Counted from the first letter of the stretch, positions 28,553 through 37,119 are shown. The stretch is 64,000 bases of DNA from an uncultured Planctomycetia bacterium (GCA_903929765.1 CAIYVX010000104.1:2405-66404), one strand, 5' to 3'. The notes: a model not told the origin generated them from the sequence alone. Numbers and translations are program-made.

Positions 28553-29440
28553 ATGCTCAAGCGAATCACTTTGGTGTTGGTGGTTTTGGTGGCCGCAGGC
28601 ACGCCGGCACTTGCCGGCGGCGGACCTCAGAACGTCTTGGTGGTTTACAACCCCGTTTTTTCTTGGTCTACGAGCATTGCAATGCACTATCAGCAGGCAC
28701 GTAATATTCCCAACGACAACATGCTGGCTCTGAGCATCAGCCCGAATAACATGACCATTTGCCAGAATCCCACCAACTTCGGTCTTCGACCATACGGCAC
28801 ACCACATTCCGACGACGACTCGATGCTGATGATGACCGTGCCAGAGTTCACGAATTCAATCTACAACCCCATCGTCAACTACCTCGCCCAAAAGAACCTC
28901 AAAAATCAGGTCTATATCCTTGTAATTTGCGAGGGCGTTCCGTGGCGGATGTGGCCGAAAGCGCCGGAGGACGTTCAGCTCCTCTCCGGATCCTACATCT
29001 ATGCTGATCCACCAAGAGATTGGTTTCGAATCGACGAGCTTGGCTCCGAGGCTAACGTTGACACGGCGAACGGTCGGTTTGTTCTTAGCAATGCGCCGCC
29101 CGTGGGCTGTTCGGGTAACCCCGGATATACGACATATTACGGCACAAATGAAGCCTTCAAGCCCAACAACTGGTCGGTTCCGACCTACACCAGTTCTGGC
29201 TATTCGACAGGGAACAAGATACCATTTCTTGTTTCAATGCTCTACGGCTATTTTGCTGGCGATTACTTGAACGGACAGAACCTCGCCAACGACTCAGTAG
29301 ACCGGGCGGTTGCCGGCGGTAGCACAAGGCCTTTTCGCGCATGGGGAGGATCATCGGCTGTGGCCGAAAGGTCCGAATATCTAAAAGATATCCTACAGAT
29401 TATCAGAAAAAATTGGCACGTTTCGTTTGACAAGAACTGA
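28553..29440 (+). pseudogene. truncated TIGR03790-like protein (N-terminal ~255 aa only)
   Basis: Aligns with 30130..33591 up to DRAVAG (~29319), then reads into unrelated sequence and stops inside the next promoter. Confidence 0.7.
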
Positions 29441-29455
29441 TTTCTGATGCACAAT
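29427..29455 (+). promoter_or_regulatory. putative sigma70 promoter of PEP-CTERM gene 2
   Basis: TTGACA-N17-CACAAT followed by the same 5' leader as copy 1. Confidence 0.6.
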
Positions 29456-29520
29456 TGCAGACCTCAGGTTGGTATTGGGGCGGCTGAGGCGCGTCGCCGG
29501 GTTAGTTGGAGAGAAAAGCC

Positions 29521-30096
29521 ATGAACCTGCGAAAACTTTTGCCGTGCCTCGCGGCCATTGCAGTCGTTCTTTGCTCAGTGGGCGTAGTCCAGGCGGATGC
29601 CATCGTCAATGGCGGGTTCGAGACGGGAGATTTGACTGGTTGGTCTGGAGGCGGCCCTGGAGCTGAGAATGTCGTTACTACAAGCCCCTACGACGGAAAA
29701 TTCTGCGCACTGGTCTCTGCAAAGGGAAACTGGGAAGTCCTTTGGAGTCCCCTTTTTAGTGCGGCTGCCGGCCAGGTAATCTCTTTCGCATACATTGCCA
29801 TGGCGGATACAACTGAGTACACAACGGTTAGTATCTATGGTCCGTACCCTTTCGGCAGCGGAGGCATGCTTTACGAATCGATCCAATTTGGGACGATTCA
29901 GACCCTAAACTGGCTGGTGTACTCTTACCAAGTCCCGGTCACCGGCTCGTATGACGTGGAGTTCTACGTCAGCGGTGACACTTCCGATCAGTTTTATGTC
30001 GATGATTTACAAGTGACTCCCGAGCCGGCCACGATTGGCCTGCTGGCTGCCGGGTTGTCGGCGCTTATGCTGCTGCGCAAGTCAAGGCAGCAATGA
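29521..30096 (+). CDS. PEP-CTERM sorted surface protein, paralog of 27896..28498
   Basis: Same signal peptide MNLRKLLPCLAAIAV, IVNGGFETGDLTGW, C-terminal TPEPATIGLLAAGLSALMLLRK. Confidence 0.9.
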   Translation: MNLRKLLPCLAAIAVVLCSVGVVQADAIVNGGFETGDLTGWSGGGPGAENVVTTSPYDGKFCALVSAKGNWEVLWSPLFSAAAGQVISFAYIAMADTTEYTTVSIYGPYPFGSGGMLYESIQFGTIQTLNWLVYSYQVPVTGSYDVEFYVSGDTSDQFYVDDLQVTPEPATIGLLAAGLSALMLLRKSRQQ

Positions 30097-30129
30097 AAAC
30101 CTCACGCTTTCTATTCCGGGGGCATCAAC

Positions 30130-33100
30130 ATGCAAAGACCATTTGCACTTTCTTTGGCGGCTATGGTGATGATCTGCGTGCCGGCTATGGCTGGAGGTGG
30201 GCCGCAGAATGTCCTGGTCATCTACAATTCTCAGATTTCTTGGTCTCAGAGTATTGCACTGCACTATCAGGCGGCGCGGAATATTCCATCTGACAACATG
30301 CTGGCCTTGAGTATCACCCTGAGCAACCTTTCAGTCAGTCAGCCGCCCACCAGCCACCGCTTGGCAAGCTATGGGAGTCCCGGCTCTGACGACGACAACA
30401 TGCTGATGATGACCGTGACCGAATTCACGAATTCCATCTACAACCCAATCGTAAATTACCTGAAACAAAAGTCCCTCACGAACCAAGTATATATCCTTGT
30501 AATTTGCGAAGGCATTCCCTGGAGGACGTGGCCGAACATCAGCGAAAGCACGGCTGCAACGGTCAATAATTCTGAGGGGTTCGACGCCAACTGGAACGTC
30601 ATTGGTTCCGAAGCTCATGTTGACACAGCTTACGGCCGGTTTATTCTTGGCAACGCGCCGCCCGTAGGCTGTTCGGGCAACCCCGGATATACGACATATT
30701 ACGGCACAAATGAAGCCTTCAAGCTCAACAACTGGTCGGTTCCGACCTATACCAGTTCTGGCTATTCGACAGGGAACAAGATACCATTTCTTGTTTCAAT
30801 GCTCTACGGCTATTTTGCTGGCGATTACCTGCATGGACAGAACCTTGTGAACGACGCCGTTGACCGTGCGGTTGCCGGCGACGCAACATATGATGTTTAC
30901 TACCCATACGGCTGTCGCCAACAAGTTGGCGTGCCAACGCATCAGATATGTTCACAACCATGTACTTTTCTTTTCCTTGACAGTGATGACAATCTGAGGA
31001 ACGGGCGAAGCCCATATTTCTGGATCGAAGCAGAAACATTGAGGCAAGAAGGTCTCGGGGCGATTTGCGATAAACTTTGTGTGGCAACTTCCAGCCTCTA
31101 TCAGCCGTGGCTAAATCCCGGATTTACCGGTTCGGTTATGGGCATCACCATGGGGTCGCAACAGATCCCCGAGCCAAATGTTACCGGCACGACTGCATAT
31201 GTCTGGTCCTCTGCACACGGTTGGCCCTGGGCCAACGGGGCCTATGGGGAGACCCTGACCTCCTTCGGAGGATTGTTCCTCGGTTCTTATCAAGATGGAA
31301 GAGGCCAAATTTACAATTGGCACACAACCCCGGAATGTTTTATGGCGGCCGGGGGAATTGGCGGCTACGGCACCGGAAAGGAGCCTCACGCCATCAATGA
31401 GAAATTCCCTCTTCCGCTCCAATTCCGCCGGTATGCGGAGGGGTTCAGTTACGTCGAGGTGATGTACCAGTCTATAGCCGATATATCTGATGCGACCGTG
31501 GTCGGCGATCCCCTTTCCGCTCCCTTTGCCAAACGCCCCTCGGTCGACGTTTCAGGGCTGCCGGCGCAGGTGAACCAAGGCGATCAACTAGTGGTTTCGA
31601 TCAATGCCACGCCCTGTAATCAAGGCGGAGCTGTGCAGCGGCTCGAAGCTTATGTTGATGGCCATTTCGTGGCTTCGTATGTTCCGTCCTGCCCGGCGGA
31701 TCAAACGGTCAGCGTGACTATTAGCGGCGCTACGGTATCCTACACCACGACCGGCGGCGAGACGCGCGGTGCTATTCTGAGCCAAATCCAAAATACGATC
31801 AACAACTCACTGTCCGGTTCCGTGGTAGCTGTCGGCAAAGACCTCGGGTGGTATTATCAATTCAACAACCTTTCTAGTATAACGCAGGTTCAGCCGCAAG
31901 CAGGCACAGGCAACCAGACAAGTGGTCAACTTATGTTATTGACCCAGGCGCGCGGGTTCCCCGGCAATGGAATTTCGACCACGGCTTCCGGCACAAACGG
32001 CAGCGGCGCTAATTTTGTTCACCCCTACTGGCTGGCCCCGGCTACTTACGGCGGCGCTCAGTGGGATGGCATCGTTGCTCACGACCATCTTGCGGTTACG
32101 GTTTCACAGCGGCTGGTGGCCCCTGGCGGCGAGTCGCTGACCGTCGAGTTCATCTCCAGTGACGGATTATTCACGAATTCCGGCGTCGTTACCATCTCTG
32201 AAAACATGGGCACAAACGACATAGCTCATGCCCTTGCTCAGGAGATGGGTGCTATCAGTGGCGGCCAGTACGAATCCATCGGCAATATTCTTTACTGGAT
32301 TAATTGCTCGGAATCTGGTGCAACTTTTACTGTCCATCATGACGACTGCGCCGCAAGCGGTTTCGTGGTCGAGCTCTCCGATTATGATTATTTTGGCGAC
32401 TCCTGGGACGACTGGAGCGCCCCGATTTCTGAAAATTCGAGTGGCGACCTCATTTTTACGGATAATACCCCACAGGAAGACTGGAGCATTTCGGCCGGCG
32501 AGATTAAAGTTTCCGTGGTACAAAAAGCATTCAGCCAACTTGTGTCGCCATCGAGCGACGTGTTGACAGTTCAATTCCATTCCAGCGACGACGTGACTTC
32601 CGGCACCGGCTCGGTGAATCTTTCGACGGCTACTTCCAGCGCTGACGCCGCGTGTATGACCGCCTCGTGTATGGCCATGGCAAGTTGCGGACAATATCAA
32701 TTTTTCCAATCTGGAAACATCTACGAAATCCAAGCCACGGGCAGCACCCCGGCCTCCACCTTCATTATCAACCAATCGGGCAGCGACACAAGTTGGTTTG
32801 AAATTGGGCTGCGGTCTTTTTCTGCGGATTCGAGCGGCAATATTGTGGGCCAGACATCCGGCGGCGGGCCGGGACTAAATTACCTTTATCTTGACATGGG
32901 CTGGGACAATCTGACGAAGACCTTCTCGTTCGACACGACCAGCCTTTCGCCGACTACGCACACGCTGATGATTGTCGCTTTCGACGGCGGCGCAGCCGAG
33001 GCCCAGGGTTATTGGAGCGGCAGTTTTACGGTTAGCGGCAACTGGGTCTATCAGAACCCGCCGCCGGATCAGACGGACACGACCGAGGCCTGGCTGGAGA

Positions 33101-33591
33101 GGGAGTTTTTCGTCCTGGCCCCGGAAGGCTGGCCCGCGGAATTGTACACGCTTTTCGTGTTCGAGAGCGGGCCGGGAGTGGTTTATCTGTCCGAGACGCC
33201 GAGTTACTCTCCGGGCTTGTCTACTTCATATCTCTGCTATAGCGTTTCGGGGGAACCCGGCTCATATCTGACCTTTTGGGCCATCGGCAGCACCATGAGC
33301 AACAACGGCTGGGGCGTCGGGGCCTGTGTCCTGACGGTCAGCCTGACGGCGCCGCCGGATTACACAAATTCCGAGGGCGTGACGATAGAGGTCCGGCTCC
33401 TGGGCGACATAAACGGCGACGGCATGGTGGACGGGGACGACCTGGACATCCTGAACGAGCGGCTGAACGGTTTCGAGATCACGCCCTGCACGGACGAAGA
33501 CTGCGAGTTGTGCGCCAACCCTTATGTGACGACCGCCGACCGGGTCAGGCTGCGAAAAATATTGAACGGCGTCTTTACGCAAAGTCCGTGA
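30130..33591 (+). CDS. secreted TIGR03790-like protein with Ig-like/repeat modules and a C-terminal dockerin-like domain
   Basis: Signal peptide; GGGPQNVLVIYN..S.SIA.HY..ARNIP..N, ETLTSFGG, G.G.EP, VVGDPL.APF; C-terminal GDINGDGMVDGDD. Confidence 0.75.
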   Translation: MQRPFALSLAAMVMICVPAMAGGGPQNVLVIYNSQISWSQSIALHYQAARNIPSDNMLALSITLSNLSVSQPPTSHRLASYGSPGSDDDNMLMMTVTEFTNSIYNPIVNYLKQKSLTNQVYILVICEGIPWRTWPNISESTAATVNNSEGFDANWNVIGSEAHVDTAYGRFILGNAPPVGCSGNPGYTTYYGTNEAFKLNNWSVPTYTSSGYSTGNKIPFLVSMLYGYFAGDYLHGQNLVNDAVDRAVAGDATYDVYYPYGCRQQVGVPTHQICSQPCTFLFLDSDDNLRNGRSPYFWIEAETLRQEGLGAICDKLCVATSSLYQPWLNPGFTGSVMGITMGSQQIPEPNVTGTTAYVWSSAHGWPWANGAYGETLTSFGGLFLGSYQDGRGQIYNWHTTPECFMAAGGIGGYGTGKEPHAINEKFPLPLQFRRYAEGFSYVEVMYQSIADISDATVVGDPLSAPFAKRPSVDVSGLPAQVNQGDQLVVSINATPCNQGGAVQRLEAYVDGHFVASYVPSCPADQTVSVTISGATVSYTTTGGETRGAILSQIQNTINNSLSGSVVAVGKDLGWYYQFNNLSSITQVQPQAGTGNQTSGQLMLLTQARGFPGNGISTTASGTNGSGANFVHPYWLAPATYGGAQWDGIVAHDHLAVTVSQRLVAPGGESLTVEFISSDGLFTNSGVVTISENMGTNDIAHALAQEMGAISGGQYESIGNILYWINCSESGATFTVHHDDCAASGFVVELSDYDYFGDSWDDWSAPISENSSGDLIFTDNTPQEDWSISAGEIKVSVVQKAFSQLVSPSSDVLTVQFHSSDDVTSGTGSVNLSTATSSADAACMTASCMAMASCGQYQFFQSGNIYEIQATGSTPASTFIINQSGSDTSWFEIGLRSFSADSSGNIVGQTSGGGPGLNYLYLDMGWDNLTKTFSFDTTSLSPTTHTLMIVAFDGGAAEAQGYWSGSFTVSGNWVYQNPPPDQTDTTEAWLEREFFVLAPEGWPAELYTLFVFESGPGVVYLSETPSYSPGLSTSYLCYSVSGEPGSYLTFWAIGSTMSNNGWGVGACVLTVSLTAPPDYTNSEGVTIEVRLLGDINGDGMVDGDDLDILNERLNGFEITPCTDEDCELCANPYVTTADRVRLRKILNGVFTQSP

Positions 33592-33644
33592 CCCGCTTTT
33601 TCGGCCGCGCTCGAACCATTTCCTTGATATTCCGGGTTATATGT

Positions 33645-33715
33645 CCTTGACCGGGGATTATTCTGTCATTAAAGTGCCTTAAGATTGGCACGGCGGGGTA
33701 TCAGACTCCTGCCAT
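33645..33715 (+). promoter_or_regulatory. promoter/operator repeat, copy 1 (upstream of the ADP-ribosylglycohydrolase)
   Basis: TTGACC-N17-TAAAGT with overlapping GTGCC-N8-GGCAC; near-identical copy 1650 bp downstream. Confidence 0.8.
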
Positions 33716-33791
33716 ACGCGATGGCGTCAGGGACAGGCGAACGGCCTCTGGTTACGGCCTCGTGTTTTCAGCCAGGACAAGGGAGAAGGTT

Positions 33792-35231
33792 ATGACGAAG
33801 CAGATGTCCGTGTCTCCGTTGGCGAATTGGGTCAACACACACGTGTGGCTTGAAGGATGTGATCTGGAGACGGAGTTGCAGCAGGCGGAGGACGAGGGGC
33901 GGGAGTTGGCAACGGTGCGGGCGGAGTTTGACCGACTTCTGGGGGTTAAGCCGCCGAAGGAGAACTGGCACCGGCTGGGTGTGAAACGAGATGAGACGTG
34001 GCTGGCGGCGGCCGGGGCGCTGGTGGACAAGGTGCAGTCGCTGCCAATGCGGGCGGACTATGCGTACGTCGAGCCGAGCGAGCTGCGGGGAATCCGGCAG
34101 GCGCGCGGGCGCCGTCCCGGGTTGCGGAAGTGGACGGGGTCGAAGCGGGAGTTCTTGCGGCGGTTGCACGGGGGGTGGCTGGGACGGATTTGCGGGTGCC
34201 TGCTGGGGAAGCCGGTGGAGGGTTGGCGGCGGCACGAGATACGCGTGACGCTGGAGGCGACGAAGAGTTGGCCGCTGGGAGATTATTTTCCCCGTCCGAG
34301 CAAGGTGCAGCAGAAGCGGATCGAGGCCGCGGGGGTGAAGCGGGCGTTGGGCGAGAGTCAGAGAGCGATGCTGCGGGGAACGATCGACGGCATGGTGGAG
34401 GACGACGACACCAATTACACGACGACGGGTTTTGCGCTGGTCAAGGCGAAGGGAGAAGGTTTTACGCCGCAGGATGTCTGTGACTTCTGGGGACAGAACA
34501 TCCCGATTTTCCACACCTGCACGGCGGAACGGGTGGCCTATCGGAACTTTGTGAACCTGCGGTTGCCGCCGGCGAGTGCGACGTATCGGAATCCGTATCG
34601 GGAGTGGATCGGGGCGCAGATCCGGGCGGACTATTTTGGGTATGCCAATCCCGGAAATCCTGGGCGGGCCGCAGAATGGGCCTGGCGGGACGCGTGCATC
34701 TCCCACATTCGCAACGGCATCTACGGGGAGATGTGGGTGGCGGCCATGCTGGCGGCGGCGTATGTGGAGGAGGACATGGCGACGATCATCAAGGCGGGTC
34801 TGGCGCAGGTGCCGGCGAAGAGCCGCTTGGTGAAGGATATTGAGGGCATCCTGGCGGCTAAGCAGGCGGGGGAGACGTATGCGGAGGTGGTCGAGCGGAT
34901 TCACCAGCAGTGGGACGAGAGAAAGATGCATCACTGGTGCCACACCAATGCCAATGCCCAGGTTGTGGCGGCGGCGTTGTTGTATGGGGGCGATGACTTT
35001 GGGAAGACCATCTCCATGGCGGTTATGCCCGGATTCGACACCGACTGCAACGGGGCGACGGCGGGGAGCGTGTGGGGGGTGGTCTATGGGGTGAATGCGT
35101 TACCGCGAAGTTGGACGGCCCCGATACGGGATAAAATCCGGACCGGCGTCGCAGGCTACCACGAGGTGAAGGTTTCGGACATGGCGGCGGAAATGGTGGA
35201 AGTGGCGTTGAAGAACAAGGCCCGGGCGTAA
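33792..35231 (+). CDS. ADP-ribosylglycohydrolase (ARH/DraG) family protein
   Basis: GWLGRICGCLLGKPVEG, EDDDTNYT, SHIRNGIYGE, GFDTDCNGATAGS metal-binding motifs; GGAGAAGG RBS. Confidence 0.85.
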   Translation: MTKQMSVSPLANWVNTHVWLEGCDLETELQQAEDEGRELATVRAEFDRLLGVKPPKENWHRLGVKRDETWLAAAGALVDKVQSLPMRADYAYVEPSELRGIRQARGRRPGLRKWTGSKREFLRRLHGGWLGRICGCLLGKPVEGWRRHEIRVTLEATKSWPLGDYFPRPSKVQQKRIEAAGVKRALGESQRAMLRGTIDGMVEDDDTNYTTTGFALVKAKGEGFTPQDVCDFWGQNIPIFHTCTAERVAYRNFVNLRLPPASATYRNPYREWIGAQIRADYFGYANPGNPGRAAEWAWRDACISHIRNGIYGEMWVAAMLAAAYVEEDMATIIKAGLAQVPAKSRLVKDIEGILAAKQAGETYAEVVERIHQQWDERKMHHWCHTNANAQVVAAALLYGGDDFGKTISMAVMPGFDTDCNGATAGSVWGVVYGVNALPRSWTAPIRDKIRTGVAGYHEVKVSDMAAEMVEVALKNKARA

Positions 35232-35294
35232 GAGGGAAGCGAACTGAAAACCGTTGAAAGCGAGATTATTTCTCCGCGGAACGAGATTTTGTGC

Positions 35295-35365
35295 CCTTGA
35301 CCGGGGATTTTGTTGTCATTAGAGTGCCATAAGGTTGGCACAGCGTGGTGTCAGACTCCTGCCAT
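35295..35365 (+). promoter_or_regulatory. promoter/operator repeat, copy 2 (upstream of the HTH and WYL genes)
   Basis: TTGACC-N17-TAGAGT with overlapping GTGCC-N8-GGCAC and the shared TCAGACTCCTGCCAT. Confidence 0.8.
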
Positions 35366-35400
35366 TCGGCCGATAAGAGGCCGGGAAAGGCAGGTGCGCC

Positions 35401-35706
35401 ATGCAACCGTTCGAGAGCAAGCGGAAGAAGGCCGGCGGGGAAACGAAGGGGAACGGGGTGCGGGAGCGCGTGGTCCGGGTGCTCAAGACCGCGTGGCTGC
35501 TCCAGAAGAACCCGTGGACGGTGGACGAATTGGCGGCGCGGTTTGCGATCAGCCGCCGGACGGTCTATCGGGACCTGAAGCTGATCGATCAGGCGGAGTT
35601 GCCGCTGGTGATGGAGCACGGCGGGCACGGGTACCGGCTGTTGTCGCGGCCGCTGGAGCAGTCGGCCCTCGATCCGCCGGCGGCGCGGGCGACGGTGCAA
35701 ATGTAA
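35401..35706 (+). CDS. stand-alone winged HTH (HTH_11-like) protein homologous to the N-terminus of the adjacent WYL regulator
   Basis: RVLK..WLLQ...TVDELAARFAISRRTVYRDL..I..A.LP......GY. Confidence 0.8.
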   Translation: MQPFESKRKKAGGETKGNGVRERVVRVLKTAWLLQKNPWTVDELAARFAISRRTVYRDLKLIDQAELPLVMEHGGHGYRLLSRPLEQSALDPPAARATVQM

Positions 35707-35720
35707 AAAAGAAGAAATAG

Positions 35721-35792
35721 CTTCCCCCAGTAATGCTGGGGTCTTCCAACGTTGTTCATTCATGGCCCGTCTTCGCCGGACCATGCCACCCA
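35721..35792. repeat. REP-like palindrome cluster
   Basis: CCCCAGTAATGCTGGGG hairpin and CATGGCCCGTCTTCGCCGGACCATGCCACCC hairpin between purine-rich spacers. Confidence 0.6.
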
Positions 35793-35841
35793 CAGTTTTT
35801 GGTGGGCGGAAAAGAAACAAAAGAAGAAATGGAAGGTGGCG

Positions 35842-36816
35842 ATGGATATCAGCCGGTTGCACCGGGTGCTGAAGATCATCACGCTGCTGCAGACGCGGCA
35901 CCGCTATAGTCCGGACGAGTTGTCGGCGGAGCTGGAGGTGTCGAAGCGGACGATTTTCCGCGATCTGAACATGCTGGAGCTGGCGGGGATACCGTTTTTT
36001 TTCGACCGGGCGACGGGCGGGTACGAAATTCATAAGACGTATTTTCTGCCGCCGGTCAACCTGAGCGTGGAAGAGGCCCTGGGCCTGCTGGCGCTGGCGG
36101 AGCAATCGGCGGCGGACGGGGCGGTGCCGATGCTGGAGGGGGCGCTGGACGCGGCGAGGAAAATCGAGAGCCAGTTGCCGCTGGCGATTCGGGCGGCGGT
36201 GGGGCAACTTTCGCGGCGCGTGGTGATTCGGCGCGGGCCGGTGGCGCGGCACGATCAGCTTCAGGCGGGGTATGAGTTGGTGCGCAAGGCGGTGGCGGCG
36301 CGGCGGGCGGTGACGGGGCGGTACATTTCGTTTCACGAGAAGAAGCAACTGCGGGTTGAGGTGGAACCGTATTGGCTGGTGTTTCACGAGCGGGCGTGGT
36401 ATTGCATCGGGCGGTCGGTGGAGCACGGGGAGGTGCGGACGTTCAAGTTGGGGCGTTTCGCGGGGCTGGAACTCTCGGGGCGGACGTTTGCGGGGCCGAA
36501 GACGACGCTGGAGCAGTACCTGGGCAACGCGTGGCGGTTTATGCGTGAGGGGAAAGAATACAACGTGCGGCTGCGGTTTGCGGCGCTGGTGGCGGCGAAC
36601 GTAGCGGAGGTGAACTGGCACCGGACGCAGAAGATCGTCTGGCAGGACGACGGTTCGATTTATTTTGATGTGAAGGTGGACGGACTGAACGAGATTTATT
36701 GGTGGATACTGGGGTACGGGGACCAGGTGGAAGTGTTGCAGCCGGAGGCGCTGCGGAAGCGGGTGCGGGAGGCGGCGGCGCGGTTGGTGAAACTGTACGA
36801 GTCGGACGCGCCCTAA
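35842..36816 (+). CDS. WYL-domain transcriptional regulator (HTH-WYL-WCX, YafY/PafBC-like)
   Basis: VSKRTIFRDL HTH; VEPYWLVFHERAWYCIG...VRTFKLGR WYL domain; WILGYGDQVEVLQPEALR WCX domain. Confidence 0.92.
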   Translation: MDISRLHRVLKIITLLQTRHRYSPDELSAELEVSKRTIFRDLNMLELAGIPFFFDRATGGYEIHKTYFLPPVNLSVEEALGLLALAEQSAADGAVPMLEGALDAARKIESQLPLAIRAAVGQLSRRVVIRRGPVARHDQLQAGYELVRKAVAARRAVTGRYISFHEKKQLRVEVEPYWLVFHERAWYCIGRSVEHGEVRTFKLGRFAGLELSGRTFAGPKTTLEQYLGNAWRFMREGKEYNVRLRFAALVAANVAEVNWHRTQKIVWQDDGSIYFDVKVDGLNEIYWWILGYGDQVEVLQPEALRKRVREAAARLVKLYESDAP

Positions 36817-36824
36817 ATTCGGGG

Positions 36825-36853
36825 TTGATTTTTTGGGCGGGGTTTCATACAAT
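36825..36853 (+). promoter_or_regulatory. sigma70 promoter of the tRNA pair
   Basis: TTGATT-N17-TACAAT, 25 nt before tRNA-Arg. Confidence 0.65.
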
Positions 36854-36878
36854 CCTGCGGCTTGGTAAGTGGAAATCA

Positions 36879-36955
36879 GCGCCCGTAGCTCAATTGGATA
36901 GAGTATTGGGCTTCGAACCCAAGGGTTGCAGGTTCGAGTCCTGCCGGGCGCACCA
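36879..36955 (+). tRNA. tRNA-Arg (anticodon TCG)
   Basis: Acceptor stem GCGCCCG/CGGGCGC, anticodon arm TTGGG-CTTCGAA-CCCAA, T arm GCAGG-TTCGAGT-CCTGC, encoded CCA. Confidence 0.95.
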
Positions 36956-36974
36956 GGATTTTTTTCGCTTTTTT

Positions 36975-37050
<76 letters not shown>

Positions 37051-37058
37051 AAAACAAC

Positions 37059-37083
37059 GGCCCTTCTTCGGACGGGCCTTTTT
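37059..37083 (+). terminator. rho-independent terminator after the tRNAs
   Basis: GGCCCTTC-TTCG-GACGGGCC stem-loop followed by a T run. Confidence 0.7.
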
Positions 37084-37119
37084 CATGCGCTGGGGCCATT
37101 TCGTGTGTGTTGCTATCAT

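Noticed and set aside
29117-30828. Possible diversity-generating retroelement TR/VR pair
   Set aside because: The mismatches are C/T rather than adenine-specific, the repeat is not at the C-terminus, and there is no reverse transcriptase in the window
33685-33700. TTGGCAC as a sigma54 -24 box (also at 35335 and 29413)
   Set aside because: No TTGC -12 element at the required spacing
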